This document shows positions 50,252 through 64,000 of a DNA stretch of 64,000 nucleotides, piece after piece. Both the position numbers and the translations under genes were made by a program. The number at the start of each line of letters is the position of its first letter. Within the stretch, counting starts at the first letter, position 1. The stretch is from the human T2T-CHM13v2.0 reference genome, Homo sapiens. The DNA is taken from the NCBI RefSeq assembly GCF_009914755.1, contig NC_060938.1; one strand, given 5' to 3'. A model generated the notes under the pieces. It did no database searches, was not told the DNA's origin, and saw only the letters and a program-made list of their open reading frames with translations.

Positions 50252-51254
50252 TAAAACAGATCTTTCTGCATCAGAGGGAAGGAAGGGTTTTGACATGAAC
50301 TGTTGAATGGCACCTTCCAGGTCATTCTGAAACTTACCTTGAAGAAAGCTTTGCATGCTGATTGTATTTGCTCTTAATTGTGCTATTCTTAGCCAAGCCT
50401 TCTCCCTTTTATGTTGCCAAAAACTATGTTGCTTTTCCTTCAAAATCTACATAATTGTTAAAAAAAATTTAAATACTTTCAAGCCTTTAGTCAAGTGCAG
50501 AGAGCAACATAACCAATACCTACGACTTACCACCCAGGTTTAACAAATATTTACCTTTGGCCATAATGACTTTAAGTCCTTCTTAACGAAACCCAATATT
50601 ACAGATGGAAATAAAGCCTCTTTTGTAGCCTCTCCTTTCCTATTCCTCTCCCTTCCTCATGACTGGTTTTAAGATGTCACCACAAGAGTGACGGCTTCAT
50701 GTCATTATTCCTCAGGGCTTTCTCACATCTGAGGCACTATGATTTAGGGCCATTTACATCTCCACGATCATAAAAGCCACTTTTGAAATGAGCATCCAGG
50801 TACATAGCCTATGCTTTGCAGAGTGACAACTGCAACTTCCTACAGATGGACTAATTGTCGTGGGACTGTGCTCTTCTTTTTGTCTCCAGTGTCTGGTGGG
50901 GGTCCTCAGGCACCTCATGTCTGTCAGAGCCTTCATGGTTTCCTTGGTTCTGAATTTCTCATGTATTCCATAATTTCATCCATGTTCCATTTACACTTCA
51001 AACTTCCCCCGACTCGTGTTCCCCACTGCAAATTATTACACTTCTAGTAAGGTAAATGAAGAGTGACACAAAAGTTACGAAGCCAAGAATTTTCAATATG
51101 CCTGTGCTACAGGAAACTCCAGAGGCCCTTTGGTGATCTGGGTGAGGGAGAAACAGTCAAATGCCCCATCTCCTTACTCCCTGAGAAGTGTGATTCTCCA
51201 CATAGACAGACCCTCTGCCGTGTCTCAGCTACAGATATGGGCCGACACCATTCA

Positions 51255-51743
<489 letters not shown>

Positions 51744-53183
51744 TCAAGTGATATGTGTCCCAGGCATCCAAAATTGGCAAAAGGAACTCCATTTCTGTAG
51801 GACGGAAAGCTGGACTCAACTTTCACTATGTCACTAACATCAGGAGAAACAAAAAGTGAACTCAGTGTTGAGCGGCTGCTGGGAAGTTCAGGGCAGGGCC
51901 CCTTCATCTCGGAACTTCTGTTTGTTTAAATTGGGCCTTTGTGCCCAAGGACAACTTTCCCTTCACCACATAGCAGGTGGCCTCCCAGAAATGCTTCCAG
52001 GAACCCACTTCCTTGTCTGGGTTATTCTGGCCCATGCACGTATGCAAGGTGCCAGTACTGGTGTGGGGGCCAGTCAAGAAGATCACAAATATAATAGCTA
52101 GCTAGAGTGCTTAACATGTGCCTGGCACTGCCCAAAGTCATTTATCTACTTTAGTTCTTATCATTCCCATAACAACCCTATTAGCAGGTACTGTTAGCAT
52201 CCACAAGGTCACACAGGAGTACAGTGGAACTAAGGCAGTGTAACCCCGGAGCCTGGGACTGGGGGTCATGCTGCTGCGTCCCCTTCCACACAGCTCTAGG
52301 ACAATTACCATAAAACCACCTCGGCAGCCAGACGCTGCTAATAGCTAACTGTCTAGCAAAGGCTGCATTGTCTTTGCAGCCTTAAACACAGCCCTTTTAA
52401 TTGGAATTGCTTCCTAATTCAGCTTCATATATCTTCTCTCCCCTCACACAAAAGAATCCATTGTGCGGATCTCAGGAACACACTGGATGCTCCTTTGATA
52501 TACTTTGCATGTAAATGTGAGGAACAAGACTCATTTGATTTCATTATATCCTTTATTGATGTGCCTGCAGCATTTTATTGTAGGTTTTTGTGACTAGAAT
52601 TCCTAACAAAGGAGGGAGTGGGCTTCTAAGCTGGCAGCTCAGCAGAGAGAGGATTTACCACATCGGGCTCTAAAGGGACACTCAACTCATTGCTGTTGTA
52701 GTTTCCAGGCTTTTTAAAGGGCTAGGTGTTTTTAGGAGCTGGTGCTGTTCTATGCCAGTAAAAATGTTGTCAAGGCATGAGATGAATGCAAGATATTATC
52801 TTTGCTGCTATGCATTGGGTGGGGAATTTATTACAATTGCCTGAAAAGAGAGTCTGGCTGACATCGTATTACTGGGGGAATGTGCTTGTGTGCCCAAAAC
52901 TGACAGAAATCCTGTGTGTCTGCTCAGTAGAGGACACACAGAGCTGGTACCTAATCCTTCCTACTGCAGTGACAGGCTCCTGGGACTATAGAACAGGGTT
53001 AATTATTCCCAACATTCTTCATTATAATTCTAAATGAGATAATGATTAGAAATGGTACACAGTCATTGAACTAAAAATGCCCAAGGCATTTGCTGCTGGA
53101 GAAACTCGCACTTTCCCTATGACATGCTTATTTCCTTAAATCCTTTTTTTTTTTCCTCCGGGGTTGAGTCAATCTTTTTAATA

Positions 53184-53524
53184 CAGTCATGCATTCCTTA
53201 ATGATGGGGATGCATTCTGAGAAACGTGTTGTTAGGAAATTTCGTCTTTATGCAAACATCAGAGAGTGTACTTACACAGACCTAAATGGTATAGCCTACT
53301 AAATACCTAGGCTATATGGTATAGCCTTTGCTCCTAGGCTACAAACCTGTACAGTGTGTTACTGTATTGAATACTGTAGGCAACTGTAACACAATGGTAA
53401 GTATTTGTGTGTCTAAACATAGAAAAAGGTACAGTAAAAATATGGTACTATCTTATGGGAACATTGTTGTATATGCACAATCTGTCATCGAGGCAAGCAT
53501 CATAATGCGGTACATGCCTAACTG
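53184..53524. mobile_element. Tigger3a-like (Golem) Tc1/mariner MITE
   Basis: TA-preceded cagtcatgc...ttctgagaaa...ggtatagcctact...cctaggctacaaacctgtacag...atgcggtacatg. Confidence 0.85.
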
Positions 53525-54949
53525 GAGCCTCTAGAACTCCCTTGTGCTAGATGGTAATAGCTAGCAATGATTAAAAACATGCTAAGTATAGGCGTACTTT
53601 ATCAAAGTCTTGCATTTAATCTTCACACTAACCCTACCAAACTGGGATTTTATTATTCCAATTTTACAGATAAGAGGTGGGCACAGAGTGGTTAAGAGCT
53701 TTCCCTGGTGAACACAGGTAGTATGCCAAGGTTCCAGGACTTCAACCCATTAAAGTCTGATTGCAAAATGTAGGATACTGTCTCATAAGACCGTGAGCTC
53801 TCTTTCCTTAACATCCTGGCTCGAAGGTAGGCCTGTATCCTATTCAGGAGCCTCCAGTGTCTATAGCCCTCCTGGTGGACATAGCTTTCTAGAGGCCCGT
53901 CAGCCTCCCTTTTTCGGTGTCCCAGATCAATCTGTGTTCATGCTGCTATCTTCCAGCAAGGCTCATCTGGGACTATCCCACATCAGCTGAGGTTTCTATG
54001 GACAACTGCACTTCATGAAAATGAATCCAAAGTAGTTTTTGGTTACCTGTTCTCCAGTTTAAGAAATCCTGATATTAAAAAATCCGTATCGGTACAACAG
54101 AAGCTTTAGGTTGCCTAATTATACACACTCCAAAAAGCTAATTTGCGTTACTTTGATTTACTGCAGAGTTTCTTCAAATGTTGAGCTCTCTGATGCATTT
54201 AAAGTGATGTTCAATTGATGACAAAATTTATTCACAGCTTTTAGGAGCTAAAGCATAACATAAACAGCCTGCTTTAAGTAAACTTTTAAATATATTCATA
54301 TATTTCCTATAACCTAGGATCTCCAATGCTAAAAATTACTAGAGATTTTTCAAGGCTTCTACACATCAGTGGAGCCCAATTCTTTCCCCTACCCTTTCAT
54401 TCCATTTCAAAATGGAGTATCAGAATGATAGAAAAATCAGTAATCAGGTAATGCTTTTCAGTGACCCCAGGGCTAACACACTGCTTTCTTTAACTATTTG
54501 AAAGATCTTCACATTTTCTAGCTGGTTGGAGAGTTGGGTGAGAGCAGTACAGAGGGTGTAAATACTATTATCTTTCAAAGACATTGCAAAGGAGCCAGCA
54601 TTGCTGACTAATGCATGTAGACACTTTGGAAGATAATCAGTAACCTTAAGATTAAGTTTTTTCTCTTTGTTTTGCAAAAAGATGTCTGAATTACATAGCA
54701 AACCAGCTACGATTAGGGATGTGCTTCAGATAATAATCGAATGAGTGATAGTTTTTATTTCAGATCTGAAAAGGAATCTGTTACTGCTTTTCTCACTTCT
54801 GTCTCCCCATCAAGTGGCAGTGCCATGCTGTGGCTCTTAGCAGCTGTGCATTTCCAGTTAGCTTTAATTATCATCAGGCTCATCATGTTTTTGGTAGGTT
54901 GGTAGGTTCCCTATTTGGCCTTCACCCCTCATTTTCAAGCCCTTTTATT

Positions 54950-55415
54950 GAGTCTTCTATTGCTTGTAGCAAATTACCAGGAACACAGTGCCTTAAGATA
55001 GCATATACGTATGATCTCACAGTTCCATGGGTCAGAAATCTGGACACTGCTTAGCTGGCTTCTCTGCTCAGAGTCTCACAAGGCTGAAATCACAGTGTCA
55101 GCTGGGGCCAGAGTATCACCTGAGACTCAAGATCCTCTTCAATTTCATGTAGTGGTTGGCAGGATTCATTTTTTTGCAGCTATAGAATTCATGGCAGTTT
55201 TCTACTGCAAATCCAGCATCTCTGAATTTTAGACTCCTTTTAAAGGGCTTGTCAGATTGGGTCAGGCCCATCCAAAATAATCTCTCTTAGATTAATTTAA
55301 ACTCAACTGGCTAAGGACCTTAATTACATTGGGAAAACCCCTTCATTGCAATATAATGTAACATAATCATGAGAGTGATGCGCCATCACCTTTGCTGTAT
55401 TCTACTAGCTAGAAG
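54950..55415. mobile_element. MLT1D-like MaLR LTR fragment
   Basis: ctcacagttccatgggtcagaaatctggacac...gttggcaggattcattt...gattgggtcaggcccatcc. Confidence 0.65.
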
Positions 55416-55696
55416 GGATATCTGCACTACTATGTTTATTGTAGCACTATTCACAATAGCCAAGATATGGAATCAACCTAAGTGTCCACCATGGTTGAAT
55501 GGATAAAGTGTGGTATATATACACAATGAAATATTAGCCATAAAAAAGAATGAAATCCTGTCATTTGCAGCAACATGGATGAAACTGGAGGCCATTATGT
55601 TAAGTGAAGTAATCCAGGCACAGAAAGACAAATATCACCTGTTCTCACTCACGTGGGAGCTAAAAAGTGGATCTCATGGAGGTAGAGAGTAGAATG
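55415..55696 (+). mobile_element. L1M/L1PB 3' fragment
   Basis: gatatctgcactactatgtttattgtagcactattcacaatagccaagatatggaatcaacc...gcagcaacatggatgaaactggagg. Confidence 0.8.
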
Positions 55697-55697
55697 G

Positions 55698-56271
<574 letters not shown>

Positions 56272-56309
56272 TAGTTTTATAGTATTCTGTCTAATATTAT
56301 GCCACTGAT

Positions 56310-56829
56310 ATTTTTCTTTTTCTTATTCTTTCTTTATACAGACAGGGTCTTACTGTGTTGCCCAAGCTAGTCTTGAACTTCTGGTGTATTAGTCCATTTC
56401 ACACTGCTGATAAAGACATACCCAAGACTGGGCAATTTATAAAGGAAAGAGGTTTAATTTCCTCACATTTCCACATGGCTGGAGAGGCCCCACAGTCATG
56501 GCAGAACACAAAGGAAGAGCAAAGAAGCATCTTACATGGCAGCCAGCAAAGAGAGAATAAGAACCAAGCAAAAGGGGTTTCCCCTTATAAAACGATCAGA
56601 TCTTATGAGACTTATTCACTACCAAGAGAACAGTATGGGGGGAGCCGCCCCCATGATTCGGTTATCTCCCACCAGGCCCCTTCCACAACACATGGAAATT
56701 ATGGGAGCTGTAATTCAAGATTAGATTTGGATGGGGACACAGCCGAACCGTATCACCTGGGCTCAAGCAATTGGCCCACCTCAGCCTCCCAAAGAGCTGA
56801 GATTATAGGTGTGAGCCACGTACCTGGCC
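56310..56829 (-). mobile_element. FLAM/AluJ left monomer split by THE1
   Basis: gacagggtcttactgtgttgcccaagctagtcttgaacttctgg | cctgggctcaagcaattggcccacctcagcctcccaaag. Confidence 0.85.
56385..56755. mobile_element. THE1 MaLR solo LTR
   Basis: tgtattagtccatttcacactgctgataaagacatacccaagactggg...ggggacacagccgaaccgtatca; 5-bp TSD tctgg/cctgg. Confidence 0.92.
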
Positions 56830-56881
56830 TTACTGGTATTTTTCTGATAAATTTTTTCAATATGGTCTTATTAAATTAAAA

Positions 56882-57074
56882 TTTTTTTTGAGACAGGGTG
56901 CCCAAGCTGGAGTGCAGTGACATGATCTTGATGCACTGAAGCCTTGACCTCCCAGGCTCAGTGATCCTCCCACTTCAGCCTCCTGAGTAGCTGGGACTAC
57001 AGATGCATGACACCATGCCAGGCTAACTTTTTGCATTTTTTGTAGAGACAAGGTTTTGCTGTGTTGCCCAGGCT
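56882..57074 (-). mobile_element. AluJ-type SINE, 5'-truncated
   Basis: Reverse right arm plus part of the left arm. Confidence 0.85.
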
Positions 57075-57358
57075 ATAAATTAACTTTTTACATATAATTG
57101 CTCAACTCATTTTAAAGATTGCATTTTAGGGTTATAATACATTTTGAAATTGTTATCACCTTTAGTTGATTCTTGTCTGAGAAAATAACTCTGTACAGGT
57201 GCTGAGGCACTTGGTAAACTCAGAACGAATTCTGCTAAAAATATACACATTTTCAATTTAATTTTTTATTTGAATTTTCACAAATGAAATATTTAATTTT
57301 CAAATTGAATACTTCATCACAAATATTTTCACAAGTGCTATATTTTTGTCTCTATTTA

Positions 57359-57655
<297 letters not shown>

Positions 57656-58640
57656 GTGAAAAGTAAAATAAATATTTCAGCAAATAATTTTATAAATAAA
57701 AATTCATTGAAAAAAGTTGTCTCTATTTACCAATCTTTTCTTGAATGTTATACCAAATGTAGGTGCCCCCAAACTGAAGACCTTCTGAATAATTTTCCCA
57801 TTCTGGTACAGAATATGAATTTATCCAGTTAAAACAGGAATGTTATCAAAAGATATTTCCCACGAGATGATATAGTCTGAAGCATAATCATGGATCGTTT
57901 GAGCTCTCTTTTCTAGTTTATTCACTTTCCTCTTGCTTTTGTCAGAATACATTTTGATATTTTTCATTTGCAAGCTTTGTTTTCAATAATTGCAATTTAT
58001 TAAAGCATCAACAGCCTGAAATATTTCACATTTTATTTAATAAGCACTTTGACTTAATATTTCCAACTAATTTTGAATAAAATGCAGGCCAAATTCAGAA
58101 GAATTTTTTATATAAATGTTCAATGTCATTGATAGGCACTTAGGTTAATATATAAAATAGTTCTTCAAAGGCTCAAGTATTTCTAAAATTCTACAAATAA
58201 CAGAAAAAAAGACAAAGCACATAGTGCCATGCTGGCATAATTAAGAGTGTTCAACATCAGCTTTGTAGTTCATAACACTGTATTTAATCATATTTGTTCA
58301 CTTTATCAACCACAACTCCTTCATTGATTGGTAGAATATCACAACTTGTTTGAATATGACTGTAAATTATAACTACACCAATTCTTAGTACATTTCTGCT
58401 CCACAACTGGAGAACACTGTTTTTATCATGACTTTCTGCTCTACCAAAACCTGTATTATTATCACCACAGAAGTAAATTTATTTTCAAATTCCTACTTTT
58501 ACATAGAATTTTCAAACTCATTCACAATGATATCGGTGTGACAAAATTAACATCTAAAAGCTCTATTTCGATTCCAAGAATTAGATTTTTAAAAATTGAC
58601 CCAATATTGCAATTAAAAGATTTTCTATTTAAAATAAATA

Positions 58641-58940
58641 GGCTGGGTGTGGTGGTTCATGCCTATAATCCCAGCACTTTGGGAGGCCAAGAGGGTGGAT
58701 CACTTGAGGTCAGGAGTTCGAGACCACCCTGGCCAACATGACGAAACCCTGTCTCCACTAAAAATAGAAAAATTAGCTGGGTGTGATGACATGTGGCCGT
58801 AATCCCAGCTACTTAGGAGGCTGAGGCACGAGAATCACTTGAACCCGGGAGGCAGAGGTTGCAGTGAGCTGAGATAGTGTCACTGCACTTCATCCTAGGT
58901 GACAGAGGGAGACTGTGTCTCAACAACAAAAATAAATAAA
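58641..58940 (+). mobile_element. AluS-type SINE
   Basis: Alu consensus; TSD aaaataaata. Confidence 0.94.
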
Positions 58941-59379
58941 GTGAATGATGATGCTGACATAAAACTGGTGATAATTAACTGTGATTCTGTTAATGGAAAC
59001 AATACATAACATTTCTTGTTTTACTTTTTCTATGTACACAGGGAAACTTAAAATGGAAAAATATATTAAAACATGTCTAGAAGAACATTCATTTGATTGA
59101 AACAAAAAGTCAAGCTTCAGAGTGATATGTAAATGGACCTCCTGAAGCTTTAGTGGTTAACTTTTCTGCCAGCACATCCTTAAAAATAACTATTAACCAT
59201 TGATACCTTTGCTTCCTTGGCAGACTTAGCCTTTTGATTCTCATGTAGGCAATGGTATCATTATGACCCCCATGGAGAATGACAAATGTCAACAAACTTT
59301 TTGTCCAAGAAACATGTTCACTATTAACTTTCTTAAATTGGATGTTTAGTACTTAATTTTTCATTAAATTTCACCTCTA

Positions 59380-59815
<436 letters not shown>

Positions 59816-60196
59816 TTAATCTCTAGACTTTCTCACATATGTTATACACTGCGGTGTCCATACATCCTATGTTTCTCATTGACCCCAGTATCTCCCAGGC
59901 TGTGGCACTGGCCATGGCACAAATAGTTGGCACACCAAGTGGCCAGTAGGGCAGCAGCTTCAAATACTTGCCCTGCCACCACCTGAAATCAGGAGTCAGT
60001 AGCCATGACAAGGGCTTGCTTGTGTCATGGTGCTCTTTGTTTTATCAGTGGGTGCCCAGCACATATCCTTAAGAGAGAAGTGTTGGTTTTGTGTCACATG
60101 GAAAGGTTCAGGAGAAGAGAGACAGAGTGTCACCAGTTGTCTGTCACATTTAACATGGATTAGCATGAGAACTGTGTTCACCTCACATGCATATCA

Positions 60197-60403
<207 letters not shown>

Positions 60404-61843
60404 TTATGATCTCTGCTTTCCTGGAGAGAAAAAGTAATGATTAAATGATTTCAAATTTCAAAAATCTTTTTTTCTATCTGTACGTCCTATTTGTTCTTCA
60501 AAGAGCATGTATTATTAACATAATAATAATGAAGAAATAAAGTAAAGGTTGGACTACTAATGTCCAGGTTGATGGAGGGAGGAAAGAATCAATAGCAGAG
60601 ACAGTGGCCACCAGAAGGAGATCAAGGGCTGCATTTTTCAGTGCCGTGCACAATGCCTGACTCCTAGTAGGTGCTCAAGGACTGCTTAAAGAATGAAAGA
60701 ATGAATGCTCAAAAGATGCTAGACAGAGTTCACAGCACATGGAAAGAAAGAGAGAGGCTAGAAAGTGACAGGAGAGCTTCCACTTCAGCTAGGGCACATC
60801 ACAAATCTGACAAAAAAGGACTGATAACCTCCAAATGTGGGAGAAACCTAGGTCAGAAGTGTTACACTAGGCTTAAATGCCAAGATCTCTGCATTCTCGG
60901 AGTACGCTTCAGGCCGCTAACATACCTACGTCTATGGAATTGGAAAGCCTGATTATGGCAGGTGAGAAGGTTGCTTTCTACTATTAAGTGATGACAAGGT
61001 CTACAATACGCTGAAGCCCCACTAAGCACAGGTACCATAACTAAAAGGAAAGGCCAAGTTCCTAATGTAAACAAAAACAAAAACAAAAAAAAGGAAATTC
61101 TATATCCCCCAGAGCTGAGCTGTGCAAGTTTCAAAAGTGATTTGAGGGTGTTTTAGAGTAAACTATTACTCCTATGTGTCAGGTACAGCTTATTGCAAGG
61201 GGAGAATGGAGACTGGCTTCTTTGCTAGGCTTCACTAACATGCAATTGTCCAATGAGGCACTATTGTTTGCCCTACTACCAATAATAATTTGTACCACTC
61301 CTCAGTCTTTTCTTGAATGCCTGGATAAAAGTCTATCATGTGTACTAAGTATGGTGTGTGCTTCTCCATTATTCATGGGTGTCAACTGCACAGGCACATT
61401 TCAATAGTAATTGTTATTATGTAAATAATCGAATCTGAAATTACTAATACATGTAATTTCACCTGAACTAACTGTAATGAATCTTGAGTGTGTAGTTGCA
61501 TTGACGAGCTTCTTTCCTAGGTGAGGGGCAGCGCTCATGGGCATCCTCACTCTGTGCCCACATGGAATCCACAGGTTTGATAGGTTTTCAGAGAGGCAAG
61601 GAAGGCTTTCTTTAAAAGAGCTCTTAAATCTTCAGGTCGATACCCCTTTCCTTCATGGAATTTTGAGTGACCATTATATGAAAACATTTAATCAGTTGTA
61701 ATGGAGAAGCAGCATACTGTGATTTGAGAAAAGAATTTCAGATTTTCGAATAATTTTTGATGGCTCTTTGAGAAATGTTTATGATTATTTTCTGGCACCA
61801 TGACTCTGTGAGCCTACCTATTTTTACCAAATTAGCCATTTAG

Positions 61844-62184
61844 TTTCTTTTTTACTTTCTTTCTTTTTTTTTTTTTTTTATTTTCTTTTTTGAGACAGAG
61901 TCTCACTCTATCACCCAGGCTGGAATGCAAGTGGCACAATCTCAGCTCACTGCAACCTCTGCCTCCAGGGTTCAAGTGAGTCTCCTGCCTCAGATTCCCG
62001 AGTAGCTGAGACTACTGGGTGCCCGCCACTACTCCTGGCTAATTTTTTTTTTTTTTTTTTTTTGGTAGAAATGGGGTTTCACCATGTTGGCCAGTCTGGT
62101 CTCAAACTCATGACCTCAAGTGATCCGCCTGCCTTGGCCTTCCAAAGTGCTGGGATTACAGGCACTGAGCCACTGCACCCGGCC
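61844..62184 (-). mobile_element. AluS-type SINE
   Basis: Reverse Alu with expanded mid T-run; TSD tagccat(t/c)tagtttc. Confidence 0.95.
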
Positions 62185-62288
62185 TAGCCATCTAGTTTCA
62201 CTTCCAGCCTGTGATCAGGTATCTTTTATGGTCAGTCACCTAGCTGAGTCATGTACTTGCATCTTCTGCTTCCAACCCTAGAATTAAT

Positions 62289-62592
62289 TAATTGATTGAT
62301 TGATTGATTGAGACAGAGTCTTGCTCTGTCGCCCAGGCTGGACTAAAGTGGCACAAGCTCAGCTCACTGCAACCTCTGCTTCTCAGGTTCAAGTGATTCT
62401 CCTGCCTTAGCCTCCAGAGTAGCTGGGATTACAGGTGCCCGCCACCACACCTGGCTAATTTTTATATTTTTAGTAGAGATGGGGTTTCACCATGTTGGCC
62501 AGGCTGGTCTCGAACTCCTGACCTCAGGTGATCCGCCTGCCTGAGCCTTCCAAAATGCTGGGACTACAGGCGTGAGCCGCTGAGCCCAGCCC
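62289..62592 (-). mobile_element. AluS-type SINE with (ATTG)n tail
   Basis: Reverse Alu; TSD ccaaccctagaatt. Confidence 0.95.
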
Positions 62593-63180
62593 AACCCTAG
62601 AATTTAATAGTGAGGGGAAACTGAGGCCGCAGATATGGAAGAGACAAGCTTGTCCCAGAACGTTTCTCATCCTTCTCATGCAGAGCCTTTTCTCCCAGGT
62701 CATGTTCTTTATTGAAGCATCACTTCTACAGGCTGCAAGACACAGAAGATCAGGGACCAATTGATAGGAGCAGGAGCAAAGGAAGTAATATTATTTTGTG
62801 GCTTCCAAAACCACAAGGAATGAGAGTTGCAAAATGTGTTCATTCAATCCATTCAACAATTATTTATTGAGTACTTTCTATGTGCCAGAGACTGTTTTAG
62901 GTGCTTGGGATACAGAAATGAACAAAACAGAAAAAAAAAAAAAAAATCCTTGCCCTTGTGGAGGACAGGTTCTAATGATAGTAAAAGTTTCACAACAACC
63001 TCGTGAGGGAGGCAAGATCATTAGCCACATTTTTCAGATAAATAAACTAAGGAACAGGGACTAAAAATGAAGTAACTTGCACAAAGTTATGCAGCAAGTA
63101 AATGACAAAGCCAGGATCTAGCCCTGGCTGGCTATTTGGCCTTCAATCCCTCCTCTTATCTACTACACGTGATTGTCTGA

Positions 63181-63531
<351 letters not shown>

Positions 63532-64000
63532 TGATGTTAGAGTCATAGGTTTTTTTTGTTTGTTTTTGTTTTCTGCTGTCTCTCTTTTTAAACAGAAGAA
63601 CTCTCCTTTTTAAAAATAAACTTTTATGTGGAACACCGAAAAATAAAAATAATAAAAGCGGACCTGTTCTGGATGAAGAGTATGGGTACAGGGCAGAAGA
63701 ACGAGAATTCAGACTGTAGCTGCTGGAGGTGGCAGAAGTTGAATCAACAGATGCTTGCTCCCAAACACCCTCTGGCTTCTTCTCCTCAGTTCCCACTGCA
63801 TTGTGCCTTGCAATCTGTGCAAAGGCTCTAGAAAGAGCTGGGGTAGAAGCCTGGAAAACTAGAGAACAAAGTGGCTAGGTCAGCACTAGGGAGGAGGGCT
63901 GAGTCCTAGGAGAATGGCCCAGGACTCGTTCAAGCTGTAGCCCCAAAGTGTGTGTTTTGGGACAATCTCCTACCCTTTGATAACTGACGCTGTGGCAATC

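Overview
This is primate genomic DNA, almost certainly human because it carries an SVA_F-like insertion. It looks intergenic or deep-intronic, and I can support no intact protein-coding gene, tRNA, rRNA or CRISPR array. Nearly all ORFs in the supplied track are Alu-, L1-, SVA- or LTR-derived or are chance ORFs. The window is a dense record of mobile-element history. It holds about 34 Alu/FLAM copies, many MaLR/ERV LTRs and DNA-transposon MITEs, and a degraded ERV1-class pol fossil (RT, RNase H, integrase; minus strand, 1-~4020). There is an RPL9 processed pseudogene (~9.1-9.8 kb) and a TSD-flanked L1PA that has both ends but a large internal deletion sealed by a templated insertion (24.9-28.8 kb). 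A 5'-truncated SVA sits exactly in the 5' target-site duplication of a 5'-inverted (twin-primed) L1PA (33.5-38.7 kb). A TSD-flanked retrocopy consisting only of an mRNA 3' UTR lies at 49.5-50.25 kb, and a hAT (Zaphod-like) transposase fossil is fragmented by later insertions (56.2-60 kb). I found no evidence for a new functional biological system. The most interesting observations are mechanistic: reuse of one L1-endonuclease site, the UTR-only retrocopy, and several templated-insertion repair scars. Repeat subfamily names come from remembered consensus sequences and need RepeatMasker/Dfam confirmation. Boundaries of old elements are approximate.
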